Of a stretch of 32,105 bases of DNA, positions 1-8,531 are shown in pieces (position 1 is the stretch's first letter; every line of letters starts with the position of its first letter). Location of the stretch: assembly GCA_035718765.1 (NCBI GenBank), contig DASTGV010000105.1, positions 1 to 32,105 of the forward strand. Direction: 5' to 3'. The position numbers and the translations under genes are program-made. The stretch comes from Nocardioidaceae bacterium. GTDB lineage: Bacteria > Actinomycetota > Actinomycetes > Propionibacteriales > Nocardioidaceae. The notes beneath the pieces were generated by a model that worked only from the letters and a program-made list of their open reading frames with translations, was not told where the DNA came from and made no database searches.

Positions 1-1
1 C

Positions 2-655
2 CGGCTGGCGGAGGTCGAGCCGGGCCTGCTCTACGCCAACCTCGCGGTCCGCGGGCAGACCTCCCACGAGGTCCGGGCCACCCAGCTCGACCGCGCCCTG
101 GCCATGCGCCCCGACGTCGCCCTGCTCGTCGCCGGGGTGAACGACCTGCTCCGGCCGCGGCTCGACCGGCGCGGGCTGCGCGACAACCTGATGACGATGT
201 ACGGCCGGGTCCGCGAGACCGGCGCCCGCGTGCTCACGTTCACGATGCCGGACATGGCACGGGTCGCGCCGCTGTCGGCGGCGATCCGGCCGCGGATCGA
301 GTACCTCAACGAGGTGGTCCGCGAGGCCGGGTCGACGTACGACCTCGCCGTCGTCGACTTCGCCGCCGTGCCGGTGGCCGGGCACCCGGCGCTCTGGCAC
401 GACGACCGGCTGCACGCGAACAGCGAGGGGCACCGACGCATCGCCGAGGCCCTGGCCGAGGCGTACGGCCTGCCGCACCACGACTGGCGCGGCGAGCCCG
501 GCGAGACCGTCACCGAGGGCCGGCTACGGATCGTCGGTCGCGAATCCCGGTGGATCGCCAGCCACCTCGCACCGTGGGTGTGGGGCCGTCTGCGCGGGCA
601 CGAGTTCGCCACCAACGGTGCGTGCAAGCGCCCGGACCTCGCCCCGCTGGGCTGA
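2..655 (+). CDS. SGNH/GDSL hydrolase family protein (5' partial)
   Basis: Frame of ORF 104..655 stays open to the window edge (RLAEVEPGLLYANLAVRG...). SGNH blocks visible: NLAVRG, AGVND, DRLH(AN). The catalytic Ser block lies upstream of the window. Confidence 0.88.
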   Translation, partial: RLAEVEPGLLYANLAVRGQTSHEVRATQLDRALAMRPDVALLVAGVNDLLRPRLDRRGLRDNLMTMYGRVRETGARVLTFTMPDMARVAPLSAAIRPRIEYLNEVVREAGSTYDLAVVDFAAVPVAGHPALWHDDRLHANSEGHRRIAEALAEAYGLPHHDWRGEPGETVTEGRLRIVGRESRWIASHLAPWVWGRLRGHEFATNGACKRPDLAPLG

Positions 656-669
656 CGCACCCCGAACCT

Positions 670-679
670 ACCCGCGGGT
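670..679. promoter_or_regulatory. Perfect 10-bp palindrome ACCCGCGGGT, candidate operator upstream of the acyl-CoA dehydrogenase operon
   Basis: Seen in the 656-737 intergenic region. The operator role is inference. Confidence 0.3.
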
Positions 680-737
680 CACTTGTCGGGCGTCGTTTGC
701 CATGATGACCGGACCCACCCGTTCTGGAGGTACGTCG

Positions 738-1895
738 ATGCAGCTCGAGCTGTCCGCCGAGGACGCCGCGTTCCGCGAGGAGATGCGCACCTTCTTCACC
801 ACCCAGGTCCCGCAGGACGTCCGTGACGCCGTCGCCGAGCGCCGGGAGCTCACCAAGGACCAGGTCGTGCGCAGCCAGCAGGCCCTCAACGCCGCCGGGC
901 TCGCCGTACCCCACTGGCCCGTGGAGTGGGGCGGTCGCGGCTGGTCGCAGCTCAGGCGGCACATCTGGCACGAGGAGATGCAGCGGGCGTGCGTGCCGCC
1001 CCCGCTCGCGTTCAACGCGTCGATGGTCGGCCCGGTCATCGCGACGTTCGGTAGCCAGGAGCAGAAGGAGCGCTTCCTGGCCAAGACCGCGAACCTCGAC
1101 ATCTGGTGGTCCCAGGGGTTCTCCGAGCCGGACGCGGGCTCCGACCTCGCCTCGCTGCGCACCGCCGCCGTCCGCGACGGCGACGAGTTCGTGGTCAACG
1201 GGCAGAAGACCTGGACCACCCTCGGCCAGCACGGCGACTGGATCTTCTGCCTGGTCCGCACCGACCCGGACGTCAAGAAGCAGCTGGGCATCTCGTTCCT
1301 GCTCATCGACATGAAGAGCCCCGGGGTGACCGTGCGGCCCATCGAGCTGATCGACGGGGGCCACGAGGTCAACGAGGTCTGGTTCGAGGACGTGCGCGTG
1401 CCCGCCGAGAACCTCGTGGGCGAGCTCAACAAGGGCTGGGACTACGCGAAGTTCCTGCTCGGCAACGAGCGCGTCGGCGTCGCGCCGGTGGGGTCGACCA
1501 AGCGGGTCCTCGCGCAGGCCAAGGAGTACGCCCGGTCCGTCGACCTGCTCGACGACCCGCTCACGCGGGCCCGGATCGCCGAGCTCGAGAACGAGCTGCT
1601 GGCCCTCGAGCTCACCGCGCTCCGGGTCGCCGCGCACTCCGCCGGCGGCAAGCCGCACCCCGCGTCCTCGGTGCTCAAGCTCAAGGGCACCGAGCTCCAG
1701 CAGGCGGTCAGCGAGCTGATCGTCGACCTGGCCGGGCCCGCGTCGCTCGCCTCGGGCGCCGACCAGGACTCGGACCTGCCGGGCTGGACGCGCCGCGCGA
1801 CCCCGGTCTACCTGAACCTCCGCAAGGCGTCGATCTACGGCGGGTCGAACGAGATCCAGCGGCAGATCATCGCGAAGACGATCCTGGGCCTGTAG
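738..1895 (+). CDS. Acyl-CoA dehydrogenase, catalytic/large subunit (PimC/FadE-like)
   Basis: GGAGG RBS then ATG at 738 (MQLELSAEDAAFREEMR). ACAD motifs WSQGFSEPDAGSDLASL, NGQKTWTT, LLGNER (helix-G Glu), SIYGGSNEIQR. Confidence 0.95.
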   Translation: MQLELSAEDAAFREEMRTFFTTQVPQDVRDAVAERRELTKDQVVRSQQALNAAGLAVPHWPVEWGGRGWSQLRRHIWHEEMQRACVPPPLAFNASMVGPVIATFGSQEQKERFLAKTANLDIWWSQGFSEPDAGSDLASLRTAAVRDGDEFVVNGQKTWTTLGQHGDWIFCLVRTDPDVKKQLGISFLLIDMKSPGVTVRPIELIDGGHEVNEVWFEDVRVPAENLVGELNKGWDYAKFLLGNERVGVAPVGSTKRVLAQAKEYARSVDLLDDPLTRARIAELENELLALELTALRVAAHSAGGKPHPASSVLKLKGTELQQAVSELIVDLAGPASLASGADQDSDLPGWTRRATPVYLNLRKASIYGGSNEIQRQIIAKTILGL

Positions 1896-1914
1896 AGAGC
1901 ACTGAGAGGCGAGC

Positions 1915-3054
1915 ATGGACTTCACCTACGACGACGAGCAGCAGGCGCTGCGCGAGGCCGTGCGCGGCCTGGTCGGCAAGTCGTACGCCGACTTCGAGAA
2001 CCGTCGCCGCACCGTCGCCGACGAGCCCGGGTTCGACGAGAAGCTCTGGACCCGGCTCGCGGAGATGGGCGTGCTGGGCCTGCCGTTCGAGGAGAGGTAC
2101 GGCGGCATGGGCGCGGGTCCCGTCGAGGTCGGGATCGTCGCGCAGGAGCTCGGCCGGGTCGTCGCACCGGAGCCGTTCCTCACCTCCGTGGTCCTCGCCG
2201 GCGGCGTGGTCGCGCTGGCCGGCACCGAGGAGCAGAAGGCGTCGCTCCTGGAGGCCGTCGCCTCGGGCGAGACCGTGCTCGCGTTCGCGCACGCCGAGCC
2301 GGGCGCCCGCTGGACCCCGACCGCCGAGAAGGTGACCGCCACCGCGTCCGGGGAGGCCTGGACCCTCACCGGCGTCAAGGAGCCGGTCCCCCACGGCGTT
2401 CGCGCCGACCGGCTGGTGGTCAGCGCCGCCCTGCCCGACGGTGGCACCAGCCTGTTCGTCGTCGAGGGGGACGCACCCGGGCTGACCCGCACCGGCTACG
2501 CGACCTTCGACGGCGGCCGCGCCGCCCGGGTCGCGCTGGACGGCACCCCCGCGACCGCGCTCGGCTCCGGCGACGCGACCGCCCACATCTCCCGCGCGCT
2601 CGACGGGGCCCGGATCGCGGCCGCCAGCGAGGCGGTCGGCGCGATGGAGGTCGCGCTGTCGGCGACGTCGGAGTACCTCAGGTCCCGCAAGCAGTTCGGT
2701 GTCCCGCTGAACACGTTCCAGGCGCTGACCTTCCGGGCCGCGGACATGTACGTCTCGCTCGAGCTGGCCCGCAGCATCACGCTCTGGGCGACGATGGTGC
2801 TCGCCGAGGAGTCCGACGAGGAGGTCGCCGACGCGGCCGCGCGGGCCGGTCTCCAGGTCAGCCGGGCCGGCCGGCACATCGGCCAGGAGGCGATCCAGCT
2901 GCACGGCGGCATCGCGATGACCGCGGAGTACAGCGTCGGCAGCTACACCGCCCACCTCACCGCGCTCGACCACCTGCTCGGCGACGGCGGCTTCCACCTG
3001 GCCGCGCTGTCGTCGAGCGTCGGCGAGCACGACGAGGTCGAGCCGCTGCGGTAG
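1915..3054 (+). CDS. Acyl-CoA dehydrogenase, second/small subunit (PimD/FadE-like)
   Basis: MDFTYDDEQQAL start; FAHAEP, RKQFG, FQAL, AIQLHGGIAMTAEY motifs. It lies 19 bp downstream of the first ACAD, typical of alpha2beta2 ACAD pairs. Confidence 0.93.
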   Translation: MDFTYDDEQQALREAVRGLVGKSYADFENRRRTVADEPGFDEKLWTRLAEMGVLGLPFEERYGGMGAGPVEVGIVAQELGRVVAPEPFLTSVVLAGGVVALAGTEEQKASLLEAVASGETVLAFAHAEPGARWTPTAEKVTATASGEAWTLTGVKEPVPHGVRADRLVVSAALPDGGTSLFVVEGDAPGLTRTGYATFDGGRAARVALDGTPATALGSGDATAHISRALDGARIAAASEAVGAMEVALSATSEYLRSRKQFGVPLNTFQALTFRAADMYVSLELARSITLWATMVLAEESDEEVADAAARAGLQVSRAGRHIGQEAIQLHGGIAMTAEYSVGSYTAHLTALDHLLGDGGFHLAALSSSVGEHDEVEPLR

Positions 3055-3362
3055 TGGCCCCGCCCCCGCGCCGCGTCCGGCTGCGCCGGACCAGGGGCTG
3101 GCGCAAGCCTCCGGGCGCCGTGGTGGTGGCGCGGCCGTCGCGCTGGGGCAACCCGTACGTCATCGGCGCGGAGCACGACGGTCGCAGGCTCACCCGCGAG
3201 GAGACCGTCGAGCTGTTCCGGGAGGCGCTGCTGGGCGGGCGGCTCGACGTGGACGTGACCGCGGTGCGGGCGGCGCTGCGGGGCCGGGACCTGGCCTGCT
3301 GGTGCCCGCTCGACGTGCCCTGCCACGCCGACGTGCTGCTCGATGTGGCCAACCAGCCCTGA
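3054..3362 (+). CDS. DUF4326 domain protein
   Basis: GTG start overlaps the upstream TAG. Motifs RPSRWGNPY and LRGRDLACWCPLDVPCHADVL match DUF4326. Confidence 0.85.
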   Translation: MAPPPRRVRLRRTRGWRKPPGAVVVARPSRWGNPYVIGAEHDGRRLTREETVELFREALLGGRLDVDVTAVRAALRGRDLACWCPLDVPCHADVLLDVANQP

Positions 3363-3380
3363 CCCGGCCGGGTGCTCAGG
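3358..3380. terminator. Possible bidirectional terminator hairpin between convergent DUF4326 gene and recD
   Basis: CCTGA...TCAGG arms enclose the palindrome CCCGGCCGGG. No U-tract. Confidence 0.3.
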
Positions 3381-5214
3381 TGCGGGTGCGCAGCCCGCTG
3401 GCCCGCACGATCGGACGGCGGACCGCGGCCGCCAGCGCCTCCCGCGAGCCGACGATGCGGACGTGCTCCTTGGCCCGGGTCAGCCCGGTGTAGAGCAGCT
3501 CGCGGGTGAGCAGCGGTGAGTCCACCGGTGGCAGCACCAGGGTGACGCGGTCGTACTGGCTGCCCTGGCTGCGGTGCACGGACAGCGCGTGCACGGTCTG
3601 CACGTCGGTGAGCCGGCTCGGTGCGAGCAGGTCGGCGACCCCGTTGCGGGTGAACGCCGCCCGCGGCCGGCCGTCCGCCTCCACGACCACGCCGGTCTCG
3701 CCGTTGAACAGCCGCAGCTGGTAGTCGTTCGAGGTCACCAGCAGCGGGCGCCCGACGTACCACCGCCCGTCCGCGGCGTAGCCCCGCACCGCCTCCCGCA
3801 GCCACGCCTCGGCCTGGGTGCTCCAGTGCGCGACGCCGTGCGGGCCCTCCCGGTGACCGCAGAGGATCTGGTGACGCGCCAGCCGCGCCAGCGCGAGCGC
3901 GCCGTCGCCGGCGCGTGCCGCGTCGTGCAGCGCGGTGCCGGCGGCCACCACGTCGCGTCGCAGCGGCGCCAGGTCGGCGTCCCGGTCGAGGAACTCGACG
4001 TGCTCGTCGCCCTGGGCGACCAGGGCCAGCACGGTGTCGGCGTCGCCGGCCCGGACCGCCCGCGCCAGCGCCTGGATCTCCGCGGAGAACCGGTGCACCT
4101 CGGTCAGCCGGACCACCCCGCGCTCGGCGGCCGCCTGCTCGTCCGCGTCGAGGTCGGCCACGTCGACCGGGGCGGCCCGCCCGACCCCGTCGGTGGCCAC
4201 GGCACCCGGCGGGGCCGGTCGCTGGACCAGGTCGCCGAGCACGGCGCCCGCCTCCACCGACGCGAGCTGGTCGGGGTCGCCGACCAGGACCAGGCGGGTG
4301 TCGGGGCGGAGCGCGTCGACCAGCCGCGACATCATCGTCAGGGACACCATCGACGCCTCGTCGACGACCACCACGTCGAAGGGCAGCCGGTTCTCCCGGT
4401 CGTGCCGGAACCGGGACCGCGACCCCGGCCGGGACCCGAGCAGCCGGTGCAACGTCGAGGCGTCGAGGTGACCGAGCCGGTCGCGGTCGGCCGGGTCCTC
4501 GAACCGCCCCGCGGCGTGCCGGGCCGCGAACGTCAGGCGGCTGGCCGCGACGGCCGTCGGTGCGGCCAGCGCGATCCGGAGGCCGCCGCCGGCCTGGTCC
4601 TGCAGCAGGGCGAGCAGCTTGGCCACGGTGGTGGTCTTGCCGGTGCCGGGCCCGCCGGCCAGCACGCTGACCCAGCGGTGCGCCGCGACCGCGGCGGCCA
4701 GCCGCTGACGGTCCGCCGCCGGACCCGGGAACAGCCGCGCCAGCGCCGCGGCGAGGCGCGCGTCGTCGACGACGGGCGGCGGCCGCAGCGCCGCCTCGTC
4801 GAGCACCTCGGCGATCCGCTGCTCCTGCCGCCAGTAGCGGTCGAGGTAGAGCGTGCTGCCGGTCAGCCGCAGCGGCAGCGACGGGTCGCCGTCGGGCCCG
4901 ACCGCCACCAGCGGGCTCACGGACAGCGCACCCACCCACATGGCCGGCTCGGGCCAGGCCAGGGCGTCGAGCTCCTCGGCGGTGACATCCTCGACCGCCG
5001 TCGTGGCCCGGGCCGTGCCCAGGTCGAGGCAGACCGACCCGCCGCGCAGCGCCCGGACCGCGAGCGCCGCGGCGAGCAGCACCCGCTCGTCGGACTCGCC
5101 GCCCAGCCGGCCGAGCCGGGTCGCGACGTGCACGTCGGCCGCGGCCAGGACGCCGGCCGCGTTGAAGGCGGCCAGCAGCCCGGTGGCGCGGCGTACGAGC
5201 TGGACGTCGGTCAT
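3376..5214 (-). CDS. recD: Exodeoxyribonuclease V alpha subunit RecD
   Basis: ATG at 5214 (MTDVQLVRRATG) overlaps the recB stop (ATGA). Motifs LYLDRYWRQE, GGPGTGKTT, STLHRLLG, VVDEASMV, GDPDQLASVEAG, VHRSQGSQY, LLYTGLTRAK. Confidence 0.96.
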   Translation of the reverse strand: MTDVQLVRRATGLLAAFNAAGVLAAADVHVATRLGRLGGESDERVLLAAALAVRALRGGSVCLDLGTARATTAVEDVTAEELDALAWPEPAMWVGALSVSPLVAVGPDGDPSLPLRLTGSTLYLDRYWRQEQRIAEVLDEAALRPPPVVDDARLAAALARLFPGPAADRQRLAAAVAAHRWVSVLAGGPGTGKTTTVAKLLALLQDQAGGGLRIALAAPTAVAASRLTFAARHAAGRFEDPADRDRLGHLDASTLHRLLGSRPGSRSRFRHDRENRLPFDVVVVDEASMVSLTMMSRLVDALRPDTRLVLVGDPDQLASVEAGAVLGDLVQRPAPPGAVATDGVGRAAPVDVADLDADEQAAAERGVVRLTEVHRFSAEIQALARAVRAGDADTVLALVAQGDEHVEFLDRDADLAPLRRDVVAAGTALHDAARAGDGALALARLARHQILCGHREGPHGVAHWSTQAEAWLREAVRGYAADGRWYVGRPLLVTSNDYQLRLFNGETGVVVEADGRPRAAFTRNGVADLLAPSRLTDVQTVHALSVHRSQGSQYDRVTLVLPPVDSPLLTRELLYTGLTRAKEHVRIVGSREALAAAVRRPIVRASGLRTRT

Positions 5215-8200
5215 CGCGCACCACCCGCCAGCAGGTCGGAGAGCTCGGTGACCAGGGCCGCCGGCGGCGACCAGGCGAACACGCCGCTCGGGGTCTGGTC
5301 GACGACCGGGCTGGCGGGGCCGCACATGCCGCGCAGGAAGAGGTACAGCACGCCCCCGAGGTGCGTGCCGGGGTCGTAGCCCGGCTGCCGCCAGCGCAGG
5401 TAGCGGTGCAGCGCGACGGAGTACAGCAGCGCCTGCAGCGGGTAGTGCGCCTCCCGCATCGCGCGCGCCATCGCCTCCGGCGTGTAGTCGGCGGAGGTGA
5501 CCGTGTCGCCGCCGAGCCAGTTGGTCTTGTAGTCGACGACGACGTAGCGCGGCGACCCGTCCGCCCGCAGCCGCAGCACCAGGTCGATGCTGCCGTTGAG
5601 GAAGCCGCGCAGCCGCCGGTCGGCCAGCTCGGGGATGTCGAGGTCGTCGGCGTACGCCGCCAGCGGGTCGGTTGCCGGCAGGTGCCGGCGCAGCAGCCCC
5701 GCGATCCCGGAGACCCGGGCCGCGCCGACCGGGCGGTCTCCCCCGGCCAGTGGCAGCTCGAAGTCGAGCTCGTCGAGCCGGTCCGTCCTCGGCACGTCCG
5801 CGAGCCGCAGCCCGCCCGCGAGCGGGCCGAGCGGTGTCCTCAGCGCGGGCACCAGCGCGTCCGCGAAGGCACCGGGCTCGACGCCCGTGGCGTGGAAGAC
5901 CCCGGCCCGCTCCGCCTCCGCGGCGAGCTGCTCGCGCAGGTCGGGCGCGGTGAAGTCGGTGTGCTCGAGCAGCGCGTGTACGAGCGTGCCGAAGGCCGCC
6001 CCCTGCGGCAGCCCGGCCATCGGCGAGGGCACGCCGGCCGCGTCGGTGACCGGGGCGACGACGACCTCGGGCTCGTCGACGGTGCCGGGCGTCTCGGCCT
6101 CGCTGGTCACCCCGGCCGCGGGCTGGTCGTGCAGGCCCGCGGTGAGGCCGGAGTACGACGTGCGGGTCCAGGTCAGGTCGAGGACCCGGTCGAAGGCCCG
6201 CACGGCCAGGGACGGGTACGTCGGAGCGGGCGGCTGCCACGGCCGGTGGTCGGCGTACGCGGACTCCACCCCGACCGTCCCACCGGAGCGGGCCGCCAGC
6301 TCGTCGAGCCGGCGGCGGACGTACTCGTCGGAGCCGACGGTGACCTGCTCCGGCAGCATGCCGTCGGGGCTGCGGTCGGCGAAGAGCAGCCGGTGCAGGG
6401 GCCCGTTGCGGGTGTTGTTCGTCGGCGCCCAGTGCGTGACGACGTGCGCGGAGGCACGGGTCAGGGCGACGTACGCGAGGCGAAGGGACTCCCCCGCGTC
6501 CTCGGTCGCGTGCACGCTGCGGCGGGCGGCGTACCCCTCCCCGTCCGGTCCGCCCACGTCGAGCACCCGCACCCCGTCGGGGTCGTGCAGGGTCAGCGGG
6601 TCGGGGGTGCGGGGGACGAACTTGTCCCACAGGAACGGTGCGTAGACGACCGGGAACTCCAGGCCCTTGCTGCGGTGGACGGTGATCACCTGCACCGACT
6701 CGGCGTCCGACTCGAGGCGACGGCTGCGCTCCTCGGTCTGGTCGGCCGCGGCCTCGGCCATCCGGTGCTGCAGCCAGCCGACCATCGAGGCGACGCCGAA
6801 GCGGCCCTCGGTGGCGGCCTGGTGCAGCACCTGGCCGATGTGCCGCAGGTCGGTGAGCCGCCGCTCGCCCTGCTCCTGCGCGAGGAGCCGGGCGACCATC
6901 CGCTGGCCGGCCGCCTCGAGCAGGGCCGCCACCCCGCGCCGGGACAGCAGCTCGCCCCACTCGTGGAGCGTGACGCTGAGCTCGTCGAGCGCGCTGTCGT
7001 CGTCGGCGGCGAGCCGCTCGGGCGTCCAGCCGAGGAAGTCGGTCAGCGCCGCGGCCCGGGCCAGCCCGGTGCGCTGCGGCTGCTCCAGGGCGCTGAGCAG
7101 CGCGAGCCAGTCCTGGGCGGCGCCGGACAGGAACACGCTCGAGGTGCCGGTCAGCACCACGGGCACCCGGGCGGCCCGAAGGGCGTCGCGGATGTAGCCG
7201 GCCTCCTTGTTGGTGTACACGAGCACGGCCACGTCCCCCGGCCGGACCGGCCGCTCGGCGTCGCCCACCTGGAGCCGGGCCGGGCCGGAGAGCAGCCCGA
7301 CGACGTCGGCGGCGACGTCGCGGGCGACGTAGGCCCGGACCGGGTCGACATTGAGGACGGCGTCCTGGCCGGGCGTGACCGCCTCACGCTCCACGACCCG
7401 GATCCGGAACGGCGCGCCGGCCCCGCTCAGCCCGCGGTGGCTGCGGGCGGCCGCGACCGGGTGCACGACGATCCGCTCGTCGCCGAGCGCGGCACCGTCG
7501 AGGAGGTGGCCGAGGGCCTGCAGCAGCGGCCGGTCGCTGCGCCAGTTGGTGCCCAGGGTGGCGGTGTCCCCGCCGGACCCGGTCGCCCGGAGGTAGGTCA
7601 CCACGTCCGCGCCCCGGAAGGCGTAGATCGCCTGCTTGGGGTCGCCGATCAGCACCAGGGTGCGGTGGCCGTGGAACGTGCTCTCGAGGATCTCCCACTG
7701 CACCGGGTCGGTGTCCTGGAACTCGTCGACCATCACCACCCGGTAGCGGCTGCGCACCCGGGCCCGGGCCGCGGCCCCGGTGGCCGGGTCGACCAGCGCG
7801 TCGCGCAGGTGCACGAGCAGGTCGTCGTAGTCCATCAGCCGGCGGCCCCGCTTGCGCTCCTCCACCTGCCGGCGGGTGGTCTCCGCGAGCCGGCGCCGGA
7901 CGTCGGCGACCGAGTCCCGGGCCGCGCCGAGCGGCTCGAGGCGCGCCTGCCGGTCCCCGACCGCCGCGTTGCCGATGCGGGTGGCCGCGGCCAGGTCGAA
8001 CGGCGGTGCGGGCGCGGCCGGCCCGGCGTACATCCGGAGGTACAGGTCGCGCACCACCTCCGCCGTGACGTCGGCGGTGGACTCGGTGAACGCGAGGTCC
8101 GGGTCGACGTCTGCCGCCACCCCGAGCCCCGCCAGCATCTGCAGGCAGAAGCCGTGGGTGGTGGCGATCGTCGCGGCGTCGAACTCCGCGACCGCCTGCG

Positions 8201-8531
8201 CCAGCCGGTCCCGGCGTACGGCGACCTCGGCGTCCGACCCGGTGGCGAGCAGCACCAGGACCGGGTCGGCCGAGGCCCGTGCAACCGCGGGGTCGGCCAA
8301 CGCCGTCGCCGTCGTCACGAACCGCTCGCGGACCCGCTCCCGGAGCTCGACCGTCGCCGCCCGCCCGAACGTCACCAGCATCAGCTCGTCGATGCGGGCC
8401 AGGCCCTCGGCGACGTACCGCGCGGCCAGCGTGGCGATGGTGTGGGTCTTGCCGGTGCCGGCGCTCGCCTCGAGCACGGTGGTGCCCGTGGGCAGGCCGC
8501 TGCAGGGGTCGAAGACCCGGTCCGCCGCCAT
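5211..8531 (-). CDS. recB: Exodeoxyribonuclease V beta subunit RecB (UvrD-like helicase plus C-terminal nuclease)
   Basis: ATG at 8531 (MAADRVFDP) in a TGATG overlap with recC. Motifs EASAGTGKT, VDEFQDTD, IGDPKQAIYAFRGAD, TVHRSKGLEF, YVALTRA; nuclease motifs GSIDL, VDYKTN, YPLQALLY. Confidence 0.97.
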   Translation of the reverse strand: MAADRVFDPCSGLPTGTTVLEASAGTGKTHTIATLAARYVAEGLARIDELMLVTFGRAATVELRERVRERFVTTATALADPAVARASADPVLVLLATGSDAEVAVRRDRLAQAVAEFDAATIATTHGFCLQMLAGLGVAADVDPDLAFTESTADVTAEVVRDLYLRMYAGPAAPAPPFDLAAATRIGNAAVGDRQARLEPLGAARDSVADVRRRLAETTRRQVEERKRGRRLMDYDDLLVHLRDALVDPATGAAARARVRSRYRVVMVDEFQDTDPVQWEILESTFHGHRTLVLIGDPKQAIYAFRGADVVTYLRATGSGGDTATLGTNWRSDRPLLQALGHLLDGAALGDERIVVHPVAAARSHRGLSGAGAPFRIRVVEREAVTPGQDAVLNVDPVRAYVARDVAADVVGLLSGPARLQVGDAERPVRPGDVAVLVYTNKEAGYIRDALRAARVPVVLTGTSSVFLSGAAQDWLALLSALEQPQRTGLARAAALTDFLGWTPERLAADDDSALDELSVTLHEWGELLSRRGVAALLEAAGQRMVARLLAQEQGERRLTDLRHIGQVLHQAATEGRFGVASMVGWLQHRMAEAAADQTEERSRRLESDAESVQVITVHRSKGLEFPVVYAPFLWDKFVPRTPDPLTLHDPDGVRVLDVGGPDGEGYAARRSVHATEDAGESLRLAYVALTRASAHVVTHWAPTNNTRNGPLHRLLFADRSPDGMLPEQVTVGSDEYVRRRLDELAARSGGTVGVESAYADHRPWQPPAPTYPSLAVRAFDRVLDLTWTRTSYSGLTAGLHDQPAAGVTSEAETPGTVDEPEVVVAPVTDAAGVPSPMAGLPQGAAFGTLVHALLEHTDFTAPDLREQLAAEAERAGVFHATGVEPGAFADALVPALRTPLGPLAGGLRLADVPRTDRLDELDFELPLAGGDRPVGAARVSGIAGLLRRHLPATDPLAAYADDLDIPELADRRLRGFLNGSIDLVLRLRADGSPRYVVVDYKTNWLGGDTVTSADYTPEAMARAMREAHYPLQALLYSVALHRYLRWRQPGYDPGTHLGGVLYLFLRGMCGPASPVVDQTPSGVFAWSPPAALVTELSDLLAGGAR

